A stretch of 64,000 nt of DNA, taken from positions 22,818,001-22,882,000 of the forward strand of contig NC_086109.1 of assembly GCF_963921235.1 (NCBI RefSeq). The letters run 5' to 3'. Shown piece after piece: positions 36,641 to 48,862 of this stretch. Below the pieces are notes generated by a model, which was given only the letters and a program-made list of their open reading frames with translations, was not told the origin of the DNA and did no database searches. Position 1 is the first letter of the stretch, and each line of letters opens with the position of its first letter. This stretch comes from Mobula hypostoma. Taxonomy: Eukaryota. Both the position numbers and the translations under genes were made by a program.

Positions 36641-37088
36641 CATAAACAGGAGTTCACTTCAGCTATCCTGATGGTAGTCTACATCCAACCCCAGGCAGAC
36701 ATGAAGCCTGCACTTAATTTTTTTTTTAATTTAGATTTTTTAGATTAATGAAAGTGGATACCGAGGCTCTCTTCATCACTGCGGCAACTTCAACCAGGCC
36801 AACTACATGACTCTGTTTCTAAAATGATTCCAGCATGTCTCTTCTCACACCAGGGGCCAAAACACTAAGGATCATTGCTGCACAACCATCAAAGGTTGCG
36901 TAGCAAGCCACACACATTGCGGCAAATCAGACCACTAGCTGTACTCCTCCTCGTTGCATTCAAACGGAAGCTGAAATATGGGAACCTGGTATAGAAAGTC
37001 ATTCAGTGCTGGTCTGAGGAAACAGATGAGCTTTTACATGATCGCATTAAGTCAACAGACTAGTCTATGTTCAAAGAATCAGCAGCTA

Positions 37089-37926
37089 TACAACCATTGT
37101 TGGTAGAATCTCAAATGGAGACCATAGGGTGCACAAGAGTGAGATATACCAACTAATAGAGTGGTGTTGCAGCAACAACCTGGCACTCAACATCAGTAAG
37201 ACAAAAGAGCTGATTGTGGACTTCAGGAAGGGTAAGACGAAGGAACACGTACCAATCCTCATAGAGGGATCAGAAATGGAGAAATTGAGCAGTTTCAAGT
37301 TCCTGGGTGTCAAGATCTCTGAGGACGTAACCTGGTCCTAACATATCAATGCAAGACATTGACTATACTTCATTAGGAGTTTGAAGAGATTTGGCATGTC
37401 AACAAAAACACTCAAAAACTTCTATAGATGTACTGTGGAGAGCATTCTGATAGGCTGCATTACTGTTTGGTATAGGGTATGGGGCGGCGGGGGCTACTGC
37501 ACAGGACTGAAAGAAGCTGCAGAGGGTCATGAATTTAGTCGGATCCATCTTGGGTATCCAAGACATCTTCAGGGAGCGGTGTGTTAGAAAGACAGCGTCT
37601 ATTATTAAGAACCTCCAGCACCCAGGGCATGCCCTTTTCTCACTGTTACCATCAGGTAAGAGGTATAGAAGCCTGAAGGCACACACTCAGCGATTCAGGA
37701 ACAGCTTCTTCCCCTCTGCCATCCAATTCCTAGATGGACATTGAACACGTGAACACTACCTCACTTTTTCAATATATATATTCTGTTTATGCATGACTTT
37801 TAATCTCCAATATATACCGTAATTTATTTATTTACTTCTATATTATGTATTACATTGAACTGCTGCTGCTAAGTTGACAAATTTCACGACACATGCCGGT
37901 GATAATAAACCTGATTCTGATTCTGA
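37089..37926 (+). mobile_element. Younger Rex1/Babar-type 5'-truncated insertion
   Basis: WCCSNNLALNISKTKELIVDFRK..., HPGHALFSLLPSGKRYRSLK, AATAAACCTGATTCTGATTCTGA tail; possible AGCTA TSD. Confidence 0.85.
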
Positions 37927-39487
37927 GCTAGCCTAGGTGAGCGTGTCACCACCTTCATGGACTTTATCAGCAAGTGGCTTCAGGACTGTGTACCAATGAG
38001 GATGATCTAGGTGTTCCCAAATCAGAAACCATGGATGAACTGGGAGATTGACTACCTACTGAGGTCTAGAACTGCAGCATTCAAAGAAGGTGACCCTGAC
38101 CTTTACAACAAATTAAGATATAATCTCTGTACATCTATCAGGCAAGACAAGAAACAATACCGTTCCAAAATCGATCCCCAGCCCAGCTGTCAGTTAAGCG
38201 CTGTAACAGGCTACAAGACAAAGTCAGGCAACATTGCCAACAACAGTACATCCCTTCCCGATGAGCCTAATTCATTATATGCATGTTTGAACCAAAGGTA
38301 ACCTGAATGTCACTACCCGCACGGACAGCTTGCAATGCAGACAGATCAATCTTCAGGAGAGTGATCCCATATAAAGCATCTGGCTAGAATAGCATCCTTG
38401 ACCAAGTCCATAAATTCTGTGCAGATCTACTGGCAAGAATATTTGCAGATATTTTTAAATTTTTCTTTGTTTCAAGGAGACTACTATCACTCCAATACCA
38501 ATGAAGTAATGTGCCTGAATGACGACAGTCCAGTGGCCAGAACATCCACCATCATGAAGTGCTCCGAGAGGGTGGTCATGGCACAAATTAACTCCAGCCT
38601 TCCAGACAAACTCGACCCACTGCCTACTGCCAAAAAAAGGAATATTGCAGATGCTATCTCCCTGACTCTTCATTGATCTGGACAGTAAAGACACCCATGC
38701 CAGACTATCATTTGTTGAGCTCACTCTGCCTTCAATATTATTATTCCATGCAATCTCATCTCCAAATTCCTAAACTTGGGACTCAACACCTCCCTTTGCA
38801 ACTGAATCCCTGACTTCCTGATCGACAGATTGCAATCAGTAAAGATAGGCTGCAACACCTCTCCTGTGATTATTCTCAACACTGGTGCCCCACAAAGCTG
38901 CATCCTCTGTCTCCCAACTCTGCTCCCTGTACACTCATGACTGCACGGCCAGATTCTGCTCTAAATCCATCTTTGCAGATGATTCCACTGCAAAGGGCCC
39001 TAATTCTAATCGTGATGGATCAGAGTACAAGATGGAGTTAGAGTGCCAAGTGACATGATATCATGACAACAACCTTTCCCTCAGTGTCAGCAAAGCAAAA
39101 TAGCTGGTCATTGCCGTGAGGAAGTGGGGAGATACAACAGTGCTGAGGTTGAGAGGGTTAACAGCTTCAAGTTACAAGGAGTGAACATCACCGACAGCCT
39201 GTCCTGGTCCAGCCATATCGATGCCCCATCTAAGGGAGCTCACTAGCAATTCTACTTCCTCAGGAGGCTAAAGAGATTTGGCATGTTCCCTTTGACTCTC
39301 AACAATTTTTACTGAGGCACCATAAAAAAGCACCCTACCCAGATACATCATGGCTTGGTACTGCAGCTACTCTCCCCATGACCTCAAGAAACTACAGAGA
39401 CAATTGGACACAGCTCAGTGCATCATGGAAACCGACCTCCCCTCCACCAACGGTATACTTCTTACTGCCTCAGTAAAGCAAGCATAA

Positions 39488-40320
39488 TCAGAATCAGGGT
39501 TTATAATCACCAGCATGTGTCATGAAATTTGTTAGCTTAGCAGCAGCAGTTCAGTGCAATACATGATAATTTATAAAGAATAAATAAAGAAATAAATAGG
39601 TAAATGAATTATAGTAAGTATATATGTATATTGAATAGATTAAAAAGTGCAAAACAGAAATAATATATACTTTTTTTTAAAAAGTGAGGTAGTGTTCTTG
39701 GGTTCTATGTCCTTCCTGACAGTAACAATCAGAAGAGGGCATGTCCTGGGTGGTTGGGGTCCCTAATAATGGACATTGCCTTTCTGAGGCACCGCTCCTT
39801 GAAGATGTCTTAGGTACTAGAGGCTAGTACCCAAGATGGAGCTGACTAATTTTACAACCTTCTCTAACTTTTGATCCTCTGCACACCAGAGTGATGTAGC
39901 CTGTCAGAATGCTCTCCACTGTACATCTATATAAGTTTTTAAGCTTTATAGTTGACAAACCAAATCTCTTCAAACTCCTAATGAAATATAGTCGCTGCCT
40001 TGCCTTCCTTATAGCTGCATCAATAATTTGGGACCAGGTTAGATCCTCAGAGATCTTGACACCCAGGAACTTGAAATTGCTCCCTGTCTCTACTTCTAAG
40101 GATTAGTTCGTGATCCCTTGACTTACCCTTCCTGAAGTCCACAATCAGTTCTTTCGGCTTATTGACATTGAGTGTAAGGTTGTTGGTGTGACACCATTCA
40201 CCGAGCTGGTATATCTCACTCCTGTATGTCCTCTCATCTCCATCTGAGATTCTACCAACAATGGTGGTTTCATCAGCAAATTTATAATTTGAGCTATAAC
40301 TAGCCACAGTCATGGATATA
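39488..40320 (-). mobile_element. Younger Rex1/Babar-type 5'-truncated insertion (antisense)
   Basis: YKFADETTIVGRISDGDE..NNLTLNVNKPKELIVDFRK; tail AATCAGAATCAG on + strand. Confidence 0.85.
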
Positions 40321-41259
40321 GAGACCCCACCCACCCAGGAACACTTCACTGTTGTTATAGGACTATGATGCCACTGTAATAAGACTACTGAGTGTTTCCC
40401 TAGTACTATAAGATGGACTTGACGTCACAAATTACCTCATTATGACCTTGTACCTTATTGTCAACCTGTATTGCATTTTCTCTGTAATACTTTATTCTGT
40501 ACTGTTATTGTTTTACCATGTACTAACTCAACAAACCATTGTAATCTGTTTGAACAGCATACAAGACAAGCTTTTTTTCCACTGTACCTCAGTATACGTG
40601 ACAGTAATAAACCAACTTACCAGTATTGCCTTGATATTTCTGTACAGCAATGCTCCAATTTTTTGAATTTAAACTGTCCTGAACACTTTGCAATCGTCAG
40701 TGAATATCCTTACTGTTGACATGATAGAAGGAAGGCATTGATGGATGGGTCTGAGGAACCACTGCAATAATATCCTGAAGCTGAGATGATTAATCAACAA
40801 TCACTATCAATCATCACTGCAGGAGATTTCCAGTTGATCTCTGGTAGCGCTTAAAAACAGACCCCTCGATCTCAGACCTCTGCTACCTTGTGGCTATACC
40901 CACTCATGGAGAACCCTGAGGAAAAATCTGGAGCTAGTCACTAAGTTAGTGCTACGTTCAGTTCAATATCTGGCAACTCCGGCGATGCTGCTGCTGCCCA
41001 ACTGTATCGGTTTCTGCCGCTGCTCTGGATTCGCCAGCTGTCGAAGGGGGGAGCCGACTGCGTGGGCAACAGCTTGCTCACCATATCATACTGCCCTGGC
41101 TTGCAAAACACGTGGACAGCTGGCACACAACACTCATGGTTGACCCTCACCTACGGAGAGCCCCAGGCCTCAGGCACAGCTGGAGTACCGTGTACATTTC
41201 TAGTCACTATACTACAGGACGAAAGTGTTTGCATGGGACAGGATGTAGAGAAGGTTCGC

Positions 41260-41668
41260 CAAGATCGTGCTTTTCAATTATGAGGAGATACTCGATTCCT
41301 TGGAGCAGAGGATAGGCCAAATAGAAGCATGCAGAACTGTGAGAGGAATAGATTGAGTTAAAAGTTGCTTTTCCTATAGCAGATATGTTCAAAATGAGAG
41401 AACATAGGTTTAGGACATGTGGTAAATTTAGAGAGGTCTAAGGAAGATCTTTTTCACCCAGAAAGTGATTGGAATCTGGAATCCATTGCCTGCCAGAGCG
41501 ATGGATGCATAGACTCTCACAATATACAAGTATCTAGACATGCACTTGAATTACCAAGGCTATGGACCATGTACTGGTAAATAGGATTGCTATAGGTAGG
41601 TACAATGGACAGTATGGATGTGACGGGCCAAAGGGCCTGATACTGTGCTCTATTGCTATGATCCTTAT
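41260..41668 (+). mobile_element. CR1 LINE 3' fragment
   Basis: TTATGAGGAGA..TTTTTCACCCAGA..TCTGGAATCCATTGCC..GGGCCAAAGGGCCTG. Confidence 0.75.
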
Positions 41669-41949
41669 GAGGTCAGCACTTTATTTTATGCTTGGGCACA
41701 TGCTGGAGCAAGACAGTATTGTTAGAAATCAAAAACCCATCTTGCTGAGCAGGTTATTGTCAAGTGTCATTTGACAGCAATTTAAACAGCACCCACCATC
41801 ACTTTGCTGACGATTTTAAGTACTGACAATCTGCTGGTGAAAGAGCTAACTTGAAAACAACCATCGGACGTCACAGCTTGTAACTGAAGATACAAAATTA
41901 AACTATAATTTTAGTGCCATTTAAAACCTCAATTTCCCATTCATATCAC

Positions 41950-42180
41950 AAAGTGCATTCACTTCTGTTATGCGAAGTAATGTAATAGCCAATGTTTTCC
42001 ACAGCAGGCATCCACAAACAGCTATGAGAAAATAATCAAATAACCAATTTGTTTTTATTTAGATACAAGGACAGTGAAAATATTGTCCAAGATATCAGAA
42101 TTCCTGCACCTTCTTCAAACAGCATGATAGGGCCTTTCATACCTATTTGAGATTGTCTACTTGTCATCTCATCCAGGTTG
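41950..42180 (-). mobile_element. Deu-domain SINE remnant
   Basis: AGCCAATGTTTTCCACAGCAGGCATCCACAAACAGCTATGAG..AATATTGTCCAAGA resembles the 16405 copy. Confidence 0.45.
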
Positions 42181-42277
42181 TAAAATTGATACACTTGCAT
42201 TTATTTTGCCCCTAAAGCAAGAAACCCAAACTACATTTTGTAATGTTACATCAGGCAAACAGCTGAAACTTAGTCCT

Positions 42278-42522
42278 TTATTTATTTGTTTGAGATATAG
42301 CGTGGAATACCACTCCACCTAGCAATCCCCAATCCGAACCTAATCACAGGACTATTTATAATAACCAGTTAATCTTCGGACTGTGGGAGGAGACAGGAGC
42401 ACCCAGAGGAAACCCATGTGGTCACAGGGAGAATGTACAAACTCCTTATAGGTAGCAGCAGGAATTGAACCCATTTGCCTGTATTATAGAGCACTGTGGA
42501 TGGCACTACGCTACCGTGCCAT
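42278..42522 (-). mobile_element. V-domain SINE (HE1-like)
   Basis: Same core as other copies. Confidence 0.8.
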
Positions 42523-44811
42523 CCTAACAGCTGTCCGAACAGCACTTACCCAGTTTGTTATCTTAGCCTTTCCCCTAACCTCACAAAATTTTGGATTAGC
42601 AGTTCAAAGCAAAGCAGATTTTTAAAAAAGTACATTTGTGTCAATTCAATAAAAACATTTTTATTAAAATAGCACAGTTTAGATAATCACAATTCCATTT
42701 GTTAGAACATTTACTGCATTTTCATCAAGCTAGTATGACAACAAAAAGACATAACAGTTTGGAATAAAATAGAATAGAATTACAATAATCCATGAACAAG
42801 TTTAAAAACCTGAGAGCAAAGCATACCATCTTAAGAGGCAAGGGATCCTGATCAGAGTTCATCCAACACTTCAACAATATACAGTATTTATTGTACATAG
42901 GTCCTTTGTGCCAAAAAACAGCACATTTTTTTAATTTACAGTGCATTTTAGCATAGTGTACTGAGAAATGCCCTAAATTATATGAAACTGTGTACTAGCT
43001 ATCATTTTAAAATGTTATGTGGAGGTTTGATATAATAAGTCACATTGCACAACAATACAATTGGAAGAACAGGTGCAGTTGCAGAGCATACTTGACAGCA
43101 TTGAGAAGGACATTATTTAAATCAAAAGCACTTTGGGATGGACATTTTGAGTAGAAAAATAAATTCAATATGCACACAGATGTACCTGTAATTCTTGTAA
43201 ATACAACAGATGGCTAAATATGTAATCATGTCTTTCATTATATCCAAGCTAATGCAAAATTCTATTTTAAATATTTTGTGCCAAGAAAAATGAAAACAGG
43301 ACCCAGCTTGCATTTTGGTCACGTGCTGCATTAAAATACTTCTCTTCTAATATTTGTATATCTGTGCACTTGCAATGCTACTGTGACACTGTAATTTCCT
43401 TTGGGATCAAAAAAGTATCTATCTATACCATGGATTTTAAAGTGAAGCAAGCAAAATTGAAGTTCCTGTGGCCGCACTCTCCTGAAATGAAGGTTGGAAC
43501 TAGACAAGACTAGCTGTGGTTCACTGAGGGCACTGGAACCTGCAGTCTTGCTTAGAGACTAAGCTGACATGCCAAGAGTATGATGCATCATCAAATCTGG
43601 ACCCTGTTGCCTGCTCACCTTTATGGTTTTGGTCTCTATGAAAATACTAGTGAACATTGCTCCTGCTAAACGTTGTGAATATGCTACGCTGGCACCGGAA
43701 TGTGTGGTGACACTTGCGGGCTGGCCCTGTTGGCTGCTAACACTAACGAAGCATTTCACTGTATGCTTCAACGTACATGGTATAAATTAATGAATCTGAA
43801 TACTACAATAGTCCTTGCTCAAGTTGACAACACTGAAGCACAGACATCTGACAAAGCACCAAACATCTACTATAGTTCACAATAGCAAGTTTCATCGTTC
43901 AGTCAGATTAAAATACATTAGCTAGCCCATACCTCACTCTCATTGGCCGTACACAGATTGGCAGAGTGACTGATTCCAGAGGATCCTACTAATCAAAATC
44001 ATTTGGGAAGCCTAGGTCAAAGGTGCTTAAGGAACGTTTTAAATTAAAAGATTTATTGCTGAAACTGCTGTTTCCACATCCATTCTCATAAACACAATCA
44101 TGTGACTCTGCGCATTCTTGCTCCTGGCTGCAAACCTTAATATATTTTTAAAAAACTTGGCATTATTTAGCCAAAGCAGTCACTTGCATATTCATTCACA
44201 TCCTCTATCACTGTAACACCTTGGCCATAGTACATTATTTCTTTAAAATGTTGCTCACCAACACCTCCCAAACCCATAACTGTCAGGCTCATAGGAACAC
44301 TAATGCCCTCTGACTTCCTAACTCACACACCCCTTCTACACTCTGGAAGATTAAACTTCGTTCTGAGACTCTTCTATGGCTGAGTTGCCATTCCAAGTGC
44401 CCTGAAAACAAGTCATGCTGTCATGATTTCCAAAATGGAGGACTTGAGAGTTGCTGGGAGATACTGATAACAAACAGTTTATTACTATTGGGTCTACTTC
44501 TTCATGGGAATTCCAATGAAGAGGTTTAGTAAGTGAACATCAATTTTAGATTTTTTTTTGGCACTGAGTGCAATAAGAATATTACTATACTAGAAGACAT
44601 TATATGCAAGGTCCAAAAGAATCCATAAAGAATTGACAATTATTTTTACAGATCTGGCAAAAACATAAAATTCTGTAAGACATAAAGTGCTGTAAAAACT
44701 CTCGGATGTAAGCAGCTCCCCCCAAAATTTGCCGATCTTGTGCACAGATACAAATATGTGACAGACATAAATGAGAAAAAGACTGCCCCATTAATATCAG
44801 AAAGGACATCG

Positions 44812-44915
44812 AGCAAGAGAACACACACAAAATGCTGGAGGAACTCAGCAGGTCAGGCAGCATCTATGGAAAGAAATAAACAGTCAATGTTTTGGGTCCG
44901 GACCCTTCATCAGGA
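44812..44915 (-). mobile_element. Penelope-like terminal repeat with degenerate hammerhead motif
   Basis: Minus strand CUGAUGA-AGGGUCCGGACCC-AAAACAUU-GACUG then AGATGCTGCCTGACCTGCTGAGTTCCTCCAGCATTTTGTGTGTG. Confidence 0.75.
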
Positions 44916-45594
44916 TCAAGCAAGGGGATTAAGTATTAAATAAAATCATTATCGCTGATCCTATTTAACACTGCCATGGACCCATTCATCTACACCTTAG
45001 AGAGGTGGGGTGGGGGTGGGGGGGCAAAGGAGTCAAGCTGAATCCAGGCGAATTGAGTGTAAACTGTACAGACATTCATCAACAATACATTCATTGTTGA
45101 TCCTATTCTAGAATGGCTGAACTTATTAAAATCATGCAGCCTTTTACCTCAAGCCCTTCACCTTTGTAAATGTCAAAAAGACCCAGTTTCACTTGGTCTG
45201 TGAAAAGGAGAACATACAGTACGTATTCAATAGTGGAGACAACTGAAATGTAAACAAAACCATAGTCCAATAAATTAAGCCAGGAGAGACTGAAAAGTAA
45301 CTGGGAGTGAGGGTAGACCCATGCAGTCAGAATCAAAAGTTGCTCTCTCATTAAAGCACAGCTCCAAAATAAACTAGGATTCCTCCAGGCTGATTGTAGG
45401 CAACCAGCAGCCACACACCTATACAAAAACAACCACCATCATGCAATATACATCTTAACCTGAAATAAATGCATTTAGTAGCGAATGGTTTTTACAGAGT
45501 GCTCTGTTAAAAATAATACAAAAAGATCAACACTTCTATTCTTTTCACCTCCAAAACTGTAAACTGCATGACGATTGTGACTTTGCAGGGACTG

Positions 45595-45955
45595 TGGCAT
45601 TTTTGAAATGCAAGGTAGAGTAGACAGGGAACATCTTTTTCGCAGGGTTGAAGTCTGATACCAGAGGGCATGCATTGAAGGCGAGAGGAGGTAGGTTCAA
45701 AGGGGATGTGAGAGGTAAGTTTTTACTCCGAGTTGTGGATGCCTGGAATGAGCTGCCTGGTATAGTGGTAGAGGCAAATACATTAGAGGCTTTTAAGAGT
45801 CACGTAGATGGGCACATGAACGTGAGGAAGATGAAAGGATGTGAATATTGTGCAATAGGAGGGATTGGTTTTCTTTTAAAAATTTGCTTTTTAGTTGGGT
45901 CAGCACAACATTGTGGGCCAAAGGGCCTGGTCCTTTGCTGGACTCATCTATGTAT
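45595..45955 (+). mobile_element. CR1 LINE 3' fragment
   Basis: TRGHALKARGGRFKGDVRGKF..RVVDAWNELPGIVVEANTLEAFK. Confidence 0.85.
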
Positions 45956-47363
45956 AGGTGTAATTGATCAACTTTGAAAGGGTATAAAGGGAGCAGCTAA
46001 AATTAAATGTTTGAAGACACCAAAAGGTAACCTGAATCTAAAAAGAATGAAGAAATCTTATAGCTGCTGAATGAATCAGCACAGAAGTTCACCCTGAAAT
46101 ATCATTTCCATTTTCACTTGCAATGAAGGGCACTGGGTGACTTATTCCTTGTCCCATTTATGGAAAGTATTTGGAAATGTGCTGTAGAGTAGAGAAGTTG
46201 CTCGATAGTGATTAACATATAATCATTGCAATTTTATGTAAAAGGTGAAATTGAAAAGAATCTCACCATAAATTTAATTAAATATGCACATCCTAAAGCA
46301 GCTTCAAGCCCATTACCTTTCAAGAAAACTCATACCCTAAGTACTGCACCGTTTGGGAAACTCATATCTAATGCTAAAGAAGCTGCAAGGTTGCCGCCCA
46401 ATGCGCCACAAGGTGCAAAACAAACCAATATCTGGCTACTTCCAGTGAAATAACATACTTCCATCAGAACACACAGCACCACTGCCTAATTTACCTATGC
46501 AAGCTATTACAGTAAATTGAGAAATGTCTTACTTTTAAATATACAAACCTTAATCAGTAACAGGCTCCACAAACCATTCTACCACTTCAAAGACCTTTCC
46601 CTCTCAGTATGGTTAAAACAGCAAAGATGTTCAGTAAATAGAACTTAAATATCTCATATGTTTTACAAATAAGAAATGGTTTCTGATTACCCTACCCCTT
46701 CATAAAACCTAGTACACGTGTTTCAATCCAGTGATCCCTAGCACCTATGCCCTTTCTGGGGAAGAAACTTGCTGGATTCAGCTACTTTACATGTAAAATG
46801 TTTCTTGGTGTAGCCAAAACTTCAAATATTGAAATAGTGCTTGGGATGCCTTTCTCCTGCTTCAAGATCATTCAGACAAAACAGCTTTGTGCATGTGCAG
46901 CTTTTATTTCTCTCAGAGCTCTCACAACTGATCATGACAGTCCCTGACAGACTATTCAATCATAAGCAGCATCACAGCTGGTATTCGTTCTATCTATAGG
47001 TAAAACATGTACATTTCCTTAAGGATCAAATGAACAATGATTTCAAGTCCTGACCTGATAGCTGCTGCTTCAAATAGCCAATCTAGTCAAGGAAAAGCTG
47101 ACTCTTCACAGACCATGGATTGAACTATTACCTCACTTGGTGCAGCTCAGCCAGTGCTTCATATAGGCACTAACAGATGGCTGGTATAGCAGAACTTCGC
47201 AAATTTTAAATATTTTTGATTTTTAATTTCAGAGGGGAGATTAAAATAGAATAAGTCATATGAACTGATTGACTCATTGCTAAATCAAATACATTTTGAA
47301 TTATCAGGGAGCTCAATGGGTTCCAGAGGGGAGAATTTATATTTTGTATTAATATTTAAAATA

Positions 47364-48115
47364 CAGTAGATTTTGGTTAATTGGGCCATCAGCTAATCAG
47401 GGCTGCCACTTATTTGCGACAACTCTTAAAAGAACAAAAAATAATCGAGAAAATAGCTGGGATTCCCTTCATTTATTTGGAACGCTATACTGCTTAAATT
47501 GGGGCAGAAGACTGTTGTCAAACATTTTCTAACTAGCATCACCCATTGTGTGGCTATTCAACACTACAAGTGTTTACATTCAAAAGGCAGTGATTTTTAT
47601 CACTGATAGTTGACAAGCAATAAACAGCAAGACAATTCAGAAGCGTTTTGCTCACTGCGATTTCAAGCATTCAGTCTTGGAGATACCAGAAACGACTGGG
47701 AGTGAAATGAAACAATTTCACTACTTCAAAAAGTTAGGAACTACTAAGAATTTGAAGGTAATGACAGTCTTGAATGATACAATTAAAATAAAGATTTGGT
47801 GGATGCAATTGTCCAAAGTACTGTTTGAAGGCAGTCCATTATCTGCACTAGGTGTTTACACTGATTTTATTTATAGTCGATCAAAAGAGCATGTCAGCGT
47901 ATACAGAATGAATTCCTCCATTGATAACTATTAGGAACTAATACAGTTTTAGCGTACCAAAGTAGTTTTGGCATTGTTTGGCATTTCATTTAAATACCTA
48001 ATTTGTTACTCAGTTAAATGGTAGTTTGGCTTTGTTACACATTTTCAACTATTTCCATGAAACTTTGGCTAACTGAGCTAAAATGAGCCAAAACCCAATT
48101 AAGCAGAATCCACTG
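47364..48115. mobile_element. Tigger/pogo-like non-autonomous DNA transposon
   Basis: TIRs CAGTAGATTTTGGTTAATTGGG / CCCAATTAAGCAGAATCCACTG, TA on both flanks. Confidence 0.8.
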
Positions 48116-48559
48116 TATATCATTTTCTTTTTGTGTGAATAGACTCCAAAATAAAGTTGTATAGCTGAAAGCCTGATAGCCATTTACAAAGCAGTTAGGT
48201 ATAATGTTTGCAGTGGTGATGGTAGCAATTTTAGCATACAGGTCAGAAAGTGTGGAAGTGGTACAGGTCATTCTAGATAAATAATGCAAACTTCCTCATC
48301 CATAACCTTCAGGTTAATGAAGTGAAGTATCAAACCGACATACTAGCTCTCAAGAGTAGTGCTGTGGCATTATTTGAGGAACTCTTGATTTCCTCTATTT
48401 CTTTCTCAACAAGAACCAACACATAAAATGAACTACAAATCTCACAATTGTCCTGCAACAACCCAGCACCAGCACACTTCATAAATAACATACAGAAGAC
48501 TTTTCTATCAAGTTATCACTTCTCAGCTTTTGGTTTAGTCTCAGAAGTGACAGAAACTA

Positions 48560-48862
48560 TATTTATTTATTTTTATTTAGCGATGCAGCACAGAACAGGC
48601 CCTTCCAACTCAATGAGCTGCACCTCTCGGCAACCCACCTATTTAATCCTAGACTAATCACAGGAGAATTTACACTGATCAATTAACCTGCTAACAGCTA
48701 CATCTTTGGACTGTGAGAGGAAACCGAAGCACCTGGAGGAAACCCACACACTCACGGGAAGTCCATACAAACTTCTTACAGAGGATGCCGGATCTGAACT
48801 CTGAACTCCGACACCCCAACCTGTAATAGCTTCGTGCTCACTGCTACACTACTGTGGCACCC
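48560..48862 (-). mobile_element. V-domain SINE (HE1-like)
   Basis: Same core and (TAAA)n tail. Confidence 0.8.

Larger units (their letters stand above)
36745..40620 (+). mobile_element. Long decayed Rex1/Babar-type LINE (APE end, RT, 3' UTR) with two nested younger LINEs
   Basis: Remnants NFNQAN, FPNQKPWMN, CLNDDSPVARTSTIMKCSERVVM, NTGAPQSC, FADD; many stops and frameshifts; continuity across both inserts. Confidence 0.85.
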
